From NCBI GenBank assembly GCA_030264375.1, contig JASCQW010000162.1, positions 106,226,979-106,290,978 on the forward strand: DNA of 64,000 nt, given 5' to 3'. Under the pieces are notes generated by a model, which worked only from the letters and a program-made list of their open reading frames with translations, did not search any database and was not told where the DNA came from. Made by a program: the position numbers and the translations under genes. Source of the stretch: Carcharhinus longimanus (taxonomy: Eukaryota). This document shows, piece after piece, positions 24,820 through 36,929 of the stretch. Within the stretch, counting starts at the first letter, position 1. Every line of letters starts with the position of its first letter.

Positions 24820-24942
24820 CGGGAATCTTTAGGTTCAGATCACAGATACTTCCGACAGTGGCTTCAGATGCAGCCTGTCTTCTGCGAGTGATGCTCTCTC
24901 TCATTCGTCCTTCACCTGTTACTTTGACAGTGAATGGGCTCC
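24820..24942 (-). CDS. FLNB: FLNB exon 38-equivalent (123 nt; the 41-aa 'var-1' exon spanning Ig19/20)
   Basis: ttcag|GG AGC CCA...CCC G|gtaaga; [41 protein letters not shown]. Confidence 0.92.
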
Positions 24943-25106
24943 CTGAAAACGTTCACACAGTTAAAGGATAAGACCCTGCTATACAATAGATTCCAATTGC
25001 TCATACACAGAACTTCTGTTTGCTAAACTCTGGTAAATTAGCAGCAATTTTTTAAAAGAACATTTTGCACAACGTTCATTTGGACCAAACGACAGAATCT
25101 TTGACT

Positions 25107-25402
25107 AGAATACCTAGAGTAAAAGGCAGCCATTCAGCTCATTGAATCTGCACCAATTCTGCAAAAGAGCATCTCAGCTAGCTACCCGCCACCATTCCTG
25201 CAACCCAAAACATTTACCGTGGTTAATCTCCTAATCTATGCATCTTGTGACAGTGGGCAGCAGTTTAACACAGCCAATCCACCTAACCTATCATCTTGGG
25301 ACTGTGGGAGGAAACCCACACAGACATGGGGAGAATGACTGTCTGTGGAGTTTGCACAAAAGACTGCGACTGAACCCGAGTTCCTGGTGCTGTGAGGCCA
25401 CC
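25107..25402 (-). mobile_element. V-SINE/HE1-like SINE
   Basis: ccaatccacctaacc...tgggaggaaacccaca...ctggtgctgtgaggc. Confidence 0.65.
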
Positions 25403-26445
25403 CATAAATAATGCATTAAATAATCTCAGTAATCTACCAAAGGACAAATTGGCTTAATCAAACAGGTACCAAAATTGGTTTCAAATACAAGTGCTTTTAG
25501 TGTTGTGATTCACGTATACTTTGGTTCAATTTCTGAAAATAAGGAATATTTCAACCCTAGTTATATAAATAGGATTCCTCAAGTATTTGATCAAATAACT
25601 AAATTCAGATCATAGCCACATGGGATCCTTGCCCAATATGCTACATTCAAAAGGCACCAGAACGACAAACCAGGCCAATTTCTGCACGAATTCAGAGCAT
25701 GAGAATGTAGGTGCTACAGCAAATGAGTGCCAGAGATAACATTTGCAAGTAGAATATTTTACAAAAGATTCTAATAAAAATTGGTGGCTTTTCCTCTAAT
25801 AACATTTTAAATGAGGTAATAATGCGAAAGCAATTAGCTACATATGATCTCGAAAGTTCAACAAGCTGCATACCATTATAACAGTTTTACCTGACATTAA
25901 ACCAAGCTCAGATGTTAACTAGCAATAAATGACTGTAGAGCCAGCAGAATATGCCACAAATTTTATCATCTAGTCATGTACTGCATCAATTCTGAACAAA
26001 AAGCATTGATATTGGAACACCGTGCTGGATCAAAATTAGAGGAAATATATGCTTGGTGGTTAAAAAAGCGTGAATAAGAATTCAAATAGAAAATCTGACA
26101 GGACTCATCATTGACTATATAGACTATTTAATGCAGCCAAAGTCTATCATTACTGCAAACTAAACAGTTGAGTCTGGTTCATCAAGAGACCAAATTCAAT
26201 TATTTCACTAGATACCTAGGAACCCAATTTGAACACAGAAGAACTGACTTTACTAGGGATTTTCAGCCCAGTTTATTAGCATGGATCCCTTCCTGCTGCA
26301 AAAGATGTAGCACTGTCAAATTATTGCATTACATTTTTTTTTTTTGCAATAAAGAACTTTTCAGGAGCAAGGCCATACATCCATTAATGTCTGGAAGTGA
26401 TGGCAGAAGATAAAAATGAAAACAATTTTATGTCACTTTTCATAC

Positions 26446-26598
26446 CTGGTACATGTTCATCAGCAAATTTGATGTAAATAATGTAAGTGCCTGGCTCAGT
26501 TGGACAGTAGAAAACCTTGCAGGCACCATCCACAGTCTCTTCTGTATTAATATCCACCTTACTTGGGCCTTCAATAGATAGTGCAAGACCACCATAAC
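26446..26598 (-). CDS. FLNB: FLNB exon 37-equivalent (153 nt)
   Basis: ttcag|GT TAT GGT...CCA G|gtatga; [17 protein letters not shown]...FADEHVP. Confidence 0.92.
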
Positions 26599-26760
26599 CT
26601 GAAACATTTAAGGGCAATTATAATTCATACTATTTTGTTTAAAAAATTTTCAAGATGTGCATTTTACTAACATGTTGCAGCCAATGGAATAATGAAACAT
26701 AGGACTGTTCTCAGAGAGGACAGACATTCCATTAAGTCTACAAGTTTCTGGGTAAAATCA

Positions 26761-26973
26761 GAATCTCTTACAGGGTGAGGAAGAGGCCGGTTAGCCTATT
26801 GAATCTGCACCGACGTTCCGACACAGCATCTGACTCCTCCTGTAACTCCATGTATTTACCCTGCGAATCCTCCCAACCTACACATTGTGTCACTAAGGGG
26901 CAATTTTAACATGGCCAATCTCGCTAACCTACAAATCTTTGGACTGGGAACACTGAAGGAAACTCATGCAGAC
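26761..26973 (-). mobile_element. V-SINE/HE1-like SINE, 3' part
   Basis: cactaaggggcaattttaacatggccaatc...ctttggactggg. Confidence 0.6.
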
Positions 26974-27491
26974 AAGTTTTTCCCCCCTATCTATCCATCT
27001 CTGCTCAGTAGAGAAGGATTAAATGTTGTTCTTGTGGAAACAATTAGCTACATGTTTAAGGCTACATTTATTGTACCATCACTATTAGGTGTATAAACAG
27101 CACTTGCCACTCTAGACAGTTAGTTCACTCCATGGAACGGAAATTATGACTTGCCTGCTCCACATCACAATTGAGACTGGCCACTTTAAGGCAATGGGAG
27201 CACAAAGAGCAAGAGTTATATTTTCCAGCCAATTGCACCCTGCTGTCAGCAAGGACAGAATCTGGCAGTCAGCCAAATCTCTTGACTGCAGTGGATGAGA
27301 GAATCCTGCTGGTGTGAACAGCGCGAGTCTGTTTTCCCAACTTGAGTCAGTTGGGCAAGATTTCAGTGGCCTGTTTCATTACTGCAAGGTTATATGATGT
27401 TTTAAAATATGATACAGGTATATATTATATATTAGAGAGAACTGCATATCCAGTGTCCTCAGAACCATTGGTTTGCACAGGCTCATCTTAC

Positions 27492-27695
27492 CTGCATCCC
27501 TCGTGTCCACAATGAAGTCAGACATTTCAAATGTACGTCCTGCTGTCAAACCTTCGCCAGAGACCTTAACTCTGTTAGCATCTCCAATTTCAGACTGGCC
27601 AACCATAATGGCAATCGGGCTATTTGCCACATGTCTTCCATTTTTCTTTATGCTGACAAGATGTTCACCCACTTCCCGTGGGATAAAGGAGATAC
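27492..27695 (-). CDS. FLNB: FLNB exon 36-equivalent (204 nt)
   Basis: aatag|GT ATC TCC...GCA G|gtaaga; [20 protein letters not shown]...VDTRDA. Confidence 0.92.
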
Positions 27696-28181
27696 CTATT
27701 GATCAGAAAGGTATCACACCTTTCAGCATTTCATAATTCAGAAAAATCCCTCTCCATCGCTCCAATCTTAAATGGTTTTGTGCATACATCTCACTCCCGT
27801 TAGATATACCTATGCAGCCAACAGTCTCTACAATCTGCAACTTCCTTCTTAAAATGCCTCCCTTATTAGTTCCTTCTTTGGCTCAAAGCCTATTTTGTCC
27901 CTCTTACAGTTGGAGAAAATGTCCTTACAATACTGAAATAAAAGTATTCCACACATTGTAAATACACAGGTCAAGTTCAAATTCCACATAAGAATTGAGA
28001 TATTAGATTCAACATTCTTTTGCTAAAAACAAAAGATTTGGCACAGAAATCAAAGGTTTTATTTCTTCAGTCATGGCATATTTCAATTTACAAATCAATT
28101 AAAAACAAAAAATTAACCAAGTTGCACAAGTATTCTTAAAATGTTACCTTGGAGGCACAGAATATAACTTCAGGCACTTAC

Positions 28182-28344
28182 CAATGTGATTGTTTGGCAG
28201 TCTCTTCAGCAGGCATGGCTCATCTTGGCCAGATGGAGATTTAATGCTGGCAGATAGCAAACTAAGGTCACTTTCATTGATGTCCAAAGAGATGTCAGCA
28301 GATGNNNNNNNNNNNNNNNNNNNNNNNNNNNNNNNNNNNNTCAT
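28182..28344 (-). CDS. FLNB: FLNB exon 35-equivalent, interrupted by an assembly gap (28305-28340)
   Basis: ttcag|AT GA[N]..[41 protein letters not shown]|gtaagt. Confidence 0.88.
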
Positions 28345-29115
28345 CTGAAAACAGCCAAATGAATTTAGTCCAGAAATTTATGATACAGAACAGATCTTTA
28401 TGTTAAAATTCTTTAGCTGAAGAGTTTTTAGAACAAAAGTGCATCACAATGAAGCAGATATCCTGTAAATAAAATTCATTAGGTCCAGTGTTTATCAACA
28501 GATGAATTTACCATGTTGCCAAAAACCCAGTTGTGTCTCAATTTTAAGAGTTTTTAAAAGAGAGACCAGCAGTATAACATCAATTCAAAGGTTATGCACT
28601 GATTTGTAGTTCTGCCTCAACAGCACACCTTTTGAAGAACAGAATCAAGCAAAAACAACTTGGATTTCACGTTACTGAAGTCCTGTTGCAGTGGATTGAA
28701 TGCTGACAGCCTCACCATTATTACTACTACAAAATCCAGACTATCACATAAATGTGACTAAATTAAAATGTTACCACTTCCTTAGCGATATACCTCACAT
28801 GCACTTCAAACTAAAATGTACTTGGGTTGTTCGACAATCACTTCCCAATACAAACTAGTTTATAGCAAGACTAAAACTTGTTCCACTTTGAGCTTTCATT
28901 TAGAAAATAGATATTACACCAAGAAAGTAACAAACCAAAAAATCAGTACAATTATGAACTTCAGCCTTAAAAACTTCCAAACCTAGTACAATTGTGCCAG
29001 GACAAAATGGAACAGAAACCGGACAAGCCATTTTTGAGGAGCTGTAGATAACATGGCGCAAGATAGCACATCTGACGTGGAGACAAATTAGACAAGTGTC
29101 TAAAAAGGTGGATAG

Positions 29116-29266
29116 GCATGGTGGTTAACACTGCTGCTTCAGCACCAGTGACCTGGGTTCAATTCCCAGCTTGGGTGTCTGTGGAGTTGCACATTGTGTT
29201 TGCATGGGTTTCACCCACAGTCCAAAGATGTGCAGATTAGGTGGATTGACCATGCTAAATTGCCCC
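29116..29266 (+). mobile_element. V-SINE/HE1-like SINE running into N gap
   Basis: gtggttaacactgctgc...gggttcaattccc...cacagtccaaagatgtgcag...catgctaaattgcccc. Confidence 0.72.
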
Positions 29267-30355
29267 NNNNNNNNNNNNNNNNNNNNNNNNNNNNNNNNNN
29301 NNNNNNNNNNNNNNNNNNNNNNNNNNNNNNNNNNNNNNNNNNNNNNNNNNNNNNNNNNNNNNNNNNNNNNNNNNNNNNNNNNNNNNNNNNNNNNNNNNNN
29401 NNNNNNNNNNNNNNNNNNNNNNNNNNNNNNNNNNNNNNNNNNNNNNNNNNNNNNNNNNNNNNNNNNNNNNNNNNNNNNNNNNNNNNNNNNNNNNNNNNNN
29501 NNNNNNNNNNNNNNNNNNNNNNNNNNNNNNNNNNNNNNNNNNNNNNNNNNNNNNNNNNNNNNNNNNNNNNNNNNNNNNNNNNNNNNNNNNNNNNNNNNNN
29601 NNNNNNNNNNNNNNNNNNNNNNNNNNNNNNNNNNNNNNNNNNNNNNNNNNNNNNNNNNNNNNNNNNNNNNNNNNNNNNNNNNNNNNNNNNNNNNNNNNNN
29701 NNNNNNNNNNNNNNNNNNNNNNNNNNNNNNNNNNNNNNNNNNNGTACATAAACAAGGCTGGGGGAAACTTGGAACTCAGTGTCTGAGAAAAAGGTGGTAG
29801 AGACACCACACAAAAATTGGATGTCTACTTGGGGAGCTATGGCCTGCATGAGTGTCAGAAGGTGGGATTAGAATGGAGTGTTTTTGGTCAACTGGCACAG
29901 ACACAATGAGCCAAATGGCCTCATTAAATGAGGTCAGTTGACCTCATACTATAATTCCTGCTCGTTTAAGTGACAAACAAGGTGAACAAACAAGATAGCT
30001 ACTTTGCAGTAGTCATTAAGTTAGGAATCGTCCAATTGTAATTGAGTTTCATAAGTTCTAACATTTGAATGTGAATAGAGTCCAAACAAAATTAGTCAAC
30101 TAGAACCAAAATTTGTTATCCCAATTAAGTCATGACTGCAATTTTACCAGTTCAGAATTCCCAGCTACACTAATCTTCCCAGTTTCAGCTCTCTTGTATA
30201 ACTAAAGTTTCAAAGCATTTTTGTTATGCTACACAATTAGCATTAGTACTAGACTAGGTTCATGTCATAGATCAAGTCCATTTCACAATTAGAAATGGTA
30301 TTTAGGTTTAACCTACTGAAATTTATTTGCAATTTCATCGTAGATAATTTATTAC

Positions 30356-30529
30356 CTGTAATTTTGGCAGTGAAAGGGCTTCCAGGAATATGTTTTTCAT
30401 TGTATTTGACAACGATACTGTAATCACCTGGCAGGGTTGGCAGGTAAGAGACTGTACAAGTGCCATTCTTGTTATCTGTGCAATTGATTTCTGCCTTAGA
30501 AGGTCCCTCAATGGCCAAGTCCAGACCTC
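30356..30529 (-). CDS. FLNB: FLNB exon 34-equivalent (174 nt)
   Basis: catag|GA GGT CTG...ACA G|gtaata; [23 protein letters not shown]...FTAKIT. Confidence 0.92.
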
Positions 30530-30899
30530 CTATGCAGTGGGGGAGGAGACAAGACAAAAACTCCACTTTAGAACACTTGGACTGACCTTATATAGTCACC
30601 GTGAAGGAAGAAAATCTTCCTGCATGTTAGAGAAAACATTACCAACTAATATGGATTATACTAGATAGACCTTGAAAAATCAGGTGGTAGCTCATGTTAC
30701 TTCCAAATTGCTGTTAGAACACAATTATTGGAGCAAAATTGTTAACTGACAACTGTTAAGGTTGTGTTACAAGCAGTTGAGCACCAATTGGTAAACAGTT
30801 CTTAGATCAAAGACCCATTAGTGGTTTCATAGCTGACTTGAATCAGCATGCACATGTATTCTATAATGTTCTGCAGAGTATTAATAGTTTGATGCTTAC

Positions 30900-31028
30900 C
30901 TTCTCCAGCATCTTCAGTTACAATTGTAAAAGTAGCTAGTTTGTTGACAACGCCATAGACAAGGCCTGGACCATATGCTGACACATGTCCACTACTTCCA
31001 TAATTCACAAAGAACTGTAGTGGACTCT
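30900..31028 (-). CDS. FLNB: FLNB exon 33-equivalent (129 nt)
   Basis: ttcag|AG AGT CCA...GAA G|gtaagc; [29 protein letters not shown]. Confidence 0.92.
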
Positions 31029-31551
31029 CTGAAAGTAATCAAATACATGGCCAAAATTGAGTCAATTAGATAATTAGCAGTTTAGCTCTACTAAAAGATA
31101 ATGCCAAAAGATGTTGAAGAATGACATCTGTAGGCAAGATATAGTATGGTTGAATGCAGTAAACTAAATCAGCATTACTTAGATTCTCCTACCCCAGTCT
31201 GAATTCAAATGTACTCAGCTTGGTAGTTATTGGTTCATCTTAAATGCAGTATTTTTANNNNNNNNNNGTTTATGACATGGTATAAAAGGAAGTTAATTTA
31301 TCAACTACATTGCCAAGTCCTCAATCTCCACTTTTATTTCAGGATGGATTAGGTAAAACATCAGAACTCAAAACACCCAAAGTCATAATGGAGACAACTT
31401 CTGCCTCATCTGATCTTAAATTTGGAACTTTTATTCTTGGGCATGTGCTTAAATATTACATGAGCTCAAGATTTCTTTTATGTACTGAGATTTGTATTAC
31501 ATGCAGGAAAGAAAAATGTATGCCAGACAGGCCTAAAAAGAAAGTGAATAC

Positions 31552-31692
31552 CTGGAATATGTCTGCCATTGTACTTGATGTGCATCTCATGTAGCCCAAC
31601 CTCAGTTGGTGCATATTTGACAGTCACGGTACCATCCTTATTATCAATAATTTCTGGCTTAGCAGTTTTTTTTGAAGGCATGTGAACTTCAC
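31552..31692 (-). CDS. FLNB: FLNB exon 32-equivalent (141 nt)
   Basis: catag|GT GAA GTT...CCA G|gtattc; [37 protein letters not shown]. Confidence 0.92.
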
Positions 31693-32444
31693 CTATGTAA
31701 TAATTATATACAAGTCAAATACAAGATAGCTGCAAAAGGCAGGTTAAATAATTCCAAATATTAAACTATAAAACTTTTCAAAAATCCAACATAGAAAAAT
31801 CATTCAACTTCCAAAATGCATCATTTGTGAAAAACAGGTAACAACAAAGGCAGGCAGTAAGTGTATAACCACCAGTTGTACGCAAAAATTCAGAAGCTAG
31901 TGAGCTTTACCCCACCCCATAACCATGTTATAAATACTGCAATCCTAGCTCCTCTTAATTATTACCAAGGTACTGTGTACAGTGGTTATTGCACCCGCTA
32001 CAATCTTAACATTTGATCCTGCATCATGGCCAACTATTGGGTCATAGGGATCAAGCTGCCAAAATATTATTTCACATCAAGCTATTTCAAAAAGTTCTCA
32101 ACTTGAACAATTAGGTGTCAGGTTTGCCTTTTCACATTACAGGAATAAAGCTGGCAGTAGGCAGATGGGCTTTCATCCTAGCTACTTTGGGTAGGTTTCA
32201 AAGAAAGTAATTGAAAACATATTATAGTTAGGGCATCTGCAAAGTTCTCAATTGGAAAACTGTCATTGCTCTACTTAAGGGGAAGGATTCATCCGACACC
32301 TGTCACTGACAGACCGGAGTCTGTAATGAAGGATATAGAGATGACCGAACATCTTAATTCCAACCATGAGCGCTAGAATAGATTCTTAAAGCTTTGGTGG
32401 CACCAAACAAATGGGATTGAATTTTTGAAGTGGCTACTAATTAG

Positions 32445-32646
32445 TGACTTGGAGATGCTGGCGTTGGACTGGAATAAGTACCGTAAGTCTCAACGCCAGG
32501 TTGAAATCCAAATGGACTATCTTCGTTTCCAGGTTGCGGCGTTTGCAGCAGAGCTGGTTGAGATGCTTGAGTGTGAGGGGGTGTGATGGCAAAGTCTCAG
32601 CATAGTCTGCGCTGCAGGTTTGACCTGGTGTTGAGACTTCTTACTA
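32445..32646 (+). mobile_element. Short Penelope-type inverted-repeat element, copy 2
   Basis: ggagatgctggcgttggactgg...ccaggttgaaatcca ... tttgacctggtgttgagacttcttact; TSD tactaattag at 32435-32444 and 32647-32656. Confidence 0.7.
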
Positions 32647-33432
32647 TACTAATTAGCAATCAGGGGAATGTTGATGGATGCCACAGAATGCATATGACAG
32701 AAGTTCTCCATAAGAGGCTGTTGGCCGAAGATTGAGTTTGGAATTAGAGGCAAATCACTGACCCATTTAGGAAACTGGGCCTAGTGGAAGGGGACAAGGG
32801 TAGGGAAAATGGGAAGAAAGCAAAATGGTGTCTCAGAAGTATTGGTGTTAATTAGTCACTGATTAATAACTTGGCTAAGGTGATGACAGATTGCTTAGGT
32901 TTTCTATTACTGCTTCATAATGTTACATTTAACAACTGGACAAAACTTTGGATTTCAATATTGGTGAAAAAAGACATGGTTGCACTTATCAGGACAAATT
33001 GTAAGGATACCAATGTCAGGGGAAACAACTTTACACTGTATGGGAAGGGTGCAGATGGGTAGATGTGTCATCATGGGAGAATGCACCAGTTGATGGTAAC
33101 TGAGCTAGCCTACAAGGCTTGGTTTGAAATTTGAACCAGGCAGCTAGACTCTGGTCAAGGCATTGCTGAGGAATGAACCAGTGAATGACTGACTATCAGC
33201 TGAAACAGGTAGTGTGGATATATATTCTGTCAAAGACCAAAGTTCTGCATATTAATACATGTCGCATCCAGCACATGCAAATCAGAGTCCATCTGACTAT
33301 CCTAAATTTTTAAGCACACTTTGGTATTATCTTGCAAATGTCATCTATTGCAGATTCATATCTAATGTTGGACACAGTTTTGCATTTTGTTTGCATATGG
33401 TCTACACTTGGCCAGTTGTGAACAGAAGGGAC

Positions 33433-34087
33433 ATGGGGCCCTATTTTACCATTTTGATTCAAAGTGCTGGGCAGACTTGAAACTGAGTGTTTCAGATCCA
33501 ACTTTGTATGGGGGTTCTCAGGCACCCCTATACACACTGCCTGAAAAAGCATCAGAAATTCTGAATCATGCTGCACAAGCCTGTGGGTGGGGCTTAACAC
33601 ACAAAATCCTGCAGCTCAGATCAGCACCTGCACATATGCAGGGAAAAAATGCTAATGCAGTATCCTTGCCACATTGCTCCCAGGCTGGATATGCCTTCCT
33701 CTGGCTCCCCCAGAACACTGACCCCCTTATCTCCCTACTCCATTCCACCACCCAGATTGACCGCGGGCCCCTTTGATATCTCGTCCCCTGCTCGGCACTC
33801 ACTAACAAATGCCCAAATTGGACTTGTGAAACAAACAGCTCCACATCAATTCTGGATGGGTGAGCACAGTGGTAAAGGGGGAAGTGTTGGTAAAGTCAGG
33901 CGTGCAGCCTATTAAGCCAATTTAAATGCATTCAAATGGCTGTCGTGCCCGATCATGGCCATTTTCAGGCCTTGATAAGAGGAGGAACTGGCGTGGAGGC
34001 AGGCATGGATCACACTACTCGCCTCACGTTTAACTACCACTCTTTCATGCCCAAAAACAGACAACTTAATGGCAAAATCAGGCCCAT
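33433..34087. mobile_element. Possible non-autonomous DNA element (MITE-like)
   Basis: Imperfect terminal inverted repeats atggggccctattttaccatt / aatggcaaaatcaggcccat enclosing a GC-richer segment. Confidence 0.4.
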
Positions 34088-34771
34088 GGTGTTTGATTAG
34101 ATCTATCAATCCTATCAATGTGAAGCCAACATACCTAGCATTACACTAACACTGATTCATATACCACATTACTTGTGTGATGGATAGAATTGCTGAAATC
34201 TTGCTGGAGTTACAATGGCAGGATCTTACATCCTGCCAACAGTACACCCCTGCCACAGGTTTCCCAACAGGAAACCTCATTGACAATAGCAGGACCATAA
34301 GAACACTGCCAGTGAGCAGTGCACTGTCTTCACCACAGTGAAACATACCAGAGAGAGGGGGGAGGAAAATCCATCTCATTGCTGAAGCTAAATTACAGGA
34401 CTTACACAACCAAATTGGATTTCTGAATTACTTACAAACTTGGCAAGCATAAAAAGCTATAACCAGCAGATGGAAGGAAAGAATGGTAAACAGTGCCTGA
34501 AGGATCAATGACAGGCACAAAAGCAAGGGTCAGATAGCACTCAAGTCAGTCTTTAAGCAAAACCTACCCCTGCTCAAAATTTGTTAAAATATTACTCCAA
34601 TCTCAAGAGGCAAAAATGGTGCCCAAGTAGTAAATACATTTAAGAAACTTGTAAAGGAGGGGACAATTTGGGTGGTTGCAACAGTCCAAAAAACAAACTT
34701 TTTGAACACAGAATTTTGCACTACAGAGACCCCCAGCAACCTTATTTTCCATTAATAATGGCAGATTTTAC

Positions 34772-34874
34772 CTGTGATTTCCCCTGTCCTGAGAGCAAAA
34801 GGAATGACGATATCAAAAGGTTTCAAGCCCAAGCCATCTATACCATCAACTGGTGTGTAGGCACTATCAAGAAC
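34772..34874 (-). CDS. FLNB: FLNB exon 31-equivalent (103 nt)
   Basis: ccaag|GTT CTT...ACA G|gtaaaa; VLDSAYTPVDGIDGLGLKPFDIVIPFALRTGEIT. Confidence 0.9.
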
Positions 34875-36839
34875 CTTGGAAACAGGATGAAAAATCATTT
34901 GAAACCTACATTGCCAAGTCAAAGTCTCAAGAGCAATAAAAAAATGCTAGCTTGCCATTGTTGCCTATGTGACATGAAAGAACAAAGTGGTTCACAAAAA
35001 TTTAAAGAATTACTATGCAATTCTTCAAGAAAAAAGCCATTTCATGTCAGTTTCTGAAATAGAAGGTACATTGTGTTCAATGGAATGGATGGATTCCCAG
35101 GTTATCAATGCGAGGCATTCACAATGTGAAAAATCTCCCACCAGCTGTTTGAATTACAATTAAATCTGAAACACCAAGAGCTAGAAAAAGGCTTCCAAAT
35201 GGCAGTACACAAGGTGGGCTATCTTCACTGCTCTAGAGGCTCAGCTCCAACTGGACTAAGTTAGCTGTAACCAAGAGGTTTTAAATAGTTAATCAGCTAT
35301 TTACAGACAATATTACATTTCAACTGCAGTGTACAGAGATAAAAACAAACAGGAGCTAAAGATGTCAATCCATTTAGAGAAGGTTCTTCTTGGCTTGTGC
35401 CTGCAAAGAACAGTAGAGCAGCAAAAGAAATAGAAAGTAAGTAAAAGGATCAAAGTGCAATCTCAATTAACAAGCAGTGCTGCACCCATTTGTTGAGTTT
35501 GAGGGAGGTTATTAAACTGCATTATTATTTAACGTTAAAAACCAGATTTGCATCCTCAAAGAAACCAAATTCAGATTCACCAGTGCCATGGGGAGACAGA
35601 CATTCCTCATAATTGAGGTGGAGGACAGCAGTTAAAATGAGCAGCATTTCAAATTTATATTTTTTCATGACAAATGATTAGATTCTGCAACAATGTCAAA
35701 GCAGGCAAAGCAAATGTAATTTTAGGTAAACGGGGAAAAAAGTTAGCCATTATACCCCTTTTATGGGCTCATTTCGGTGATAACTGGAAGATTGTTTAAA
35801 GAAATTCAAATTAACATTAACGTTATTGATTGGTTACTTTTCAGAAGCGGCAATAGAGCTTAAGTAGATAAAACAACAAAGTTGGCAACATTTATACCAA
35901 CTTATTTTCTCTAATCTCCACAACAAATCAAAAGCACAATGCTTGTAATGTTTCAGGTTACAAGCTTAATTAAGGATCGTAGTTTCAAATGTCCGATCAC
36001 AAGCTATTCATTTTACAGCTTTGAGGATAGCAGCATTAAAATTACTAGCACTGGGGAAAGGCAGCTGGCAAAAATACCAAAAGCTGACATTTATTTACAA
36101 AACCTTCAAGCAGCCCAGTGGTCAATCCTTTCAACTGCTAAACTGTGAATGACAACATTGACATGTTACCTCACTCTTGGGAAATATTGTTTCCCAACAT
36201 CAAGTCACCATAATCAGGATGAACATTATATTTTCTACTGGTCAAAAAATGTTAGATTTTATTTAATTCATGCAAGTAATGGAAATTTTCCAAACCTTTT
36301 CTTTCCTTCAATCTATATTTCAATTGAAGTGTCTGAGCTGCAAAGCAGGAATACTGAAACAGTCCCTACCCCACCATCCAAGATGTTTGAAATCTGATTA
36401 AAAATGCAATAGTCATTTATAAAGTTGCTGCTTACTGGTCAAGTGATTTTTTTTTGTATTTAGAAGGAGATTGCACCTTTTTAAAGTTAGTGACCTTTAA
36501 TTGGCATTGTTACAGCTTTAAACTGCCTAACACAACAGGCAAACCACATTTCACCAGCCTGCTACTAGTGGAGAGTGCGGTTAGAAAATAAATGTTGAGT
36601 ACCCAAAATTAAAAGTCGCTGATAAAATAATAAACTGCAGACACTGCATTCACCTGTTTAAAATAGAGCGTTTAACATCCATCACGTAATGAAAGTACAA
36701 TTCACAGTAGCTAAAATAGTTGGATAATTGAATAGAAAAAAAGAAATCAAGCAGTCCAAATGGCAGATCCCAGCAAGCGTGAACACTAGCTTTGGAAGAA
36801 AACAGGAGAATAGAAAGTTCAACATATTAAAATCTGTAC

Positions 36840-36929
36840 CCAGGGTTGGAAGCCAGGGGGATATGCATTTAGGGATTGCTGCTGCTGTTGTACCATCTGC
36901 TGTGGCACTACTGGAACTTCATCTGTGGC
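36840..36929 (-). CDS. FLNB: FLNB exon 30-equivalent, hinge 1 (90 nt; alternatively spliced in mammals)
   Basis: actag|GCC ACA GAT...TGG|gtacag; ATDEVPVVPQQMVQQQQQSLNAYPPGFQPW vs recalled human ATDGEV...ACPPGFRPW; phase 0-0. Confidence 0.88.

Noticed and set aside
29171-29849. Long ORFs of 184-212 aa
   Set aside because: Almost entirely X from a 477-N gap, plus SINE sequence.
36436-36476. Possible exon ending at CCA|gtaagc near 36435
   Set aside because: Good donor but an A-rich, poor acceptor, and the 41-nt length does not restore frame with neighbouring candidates.
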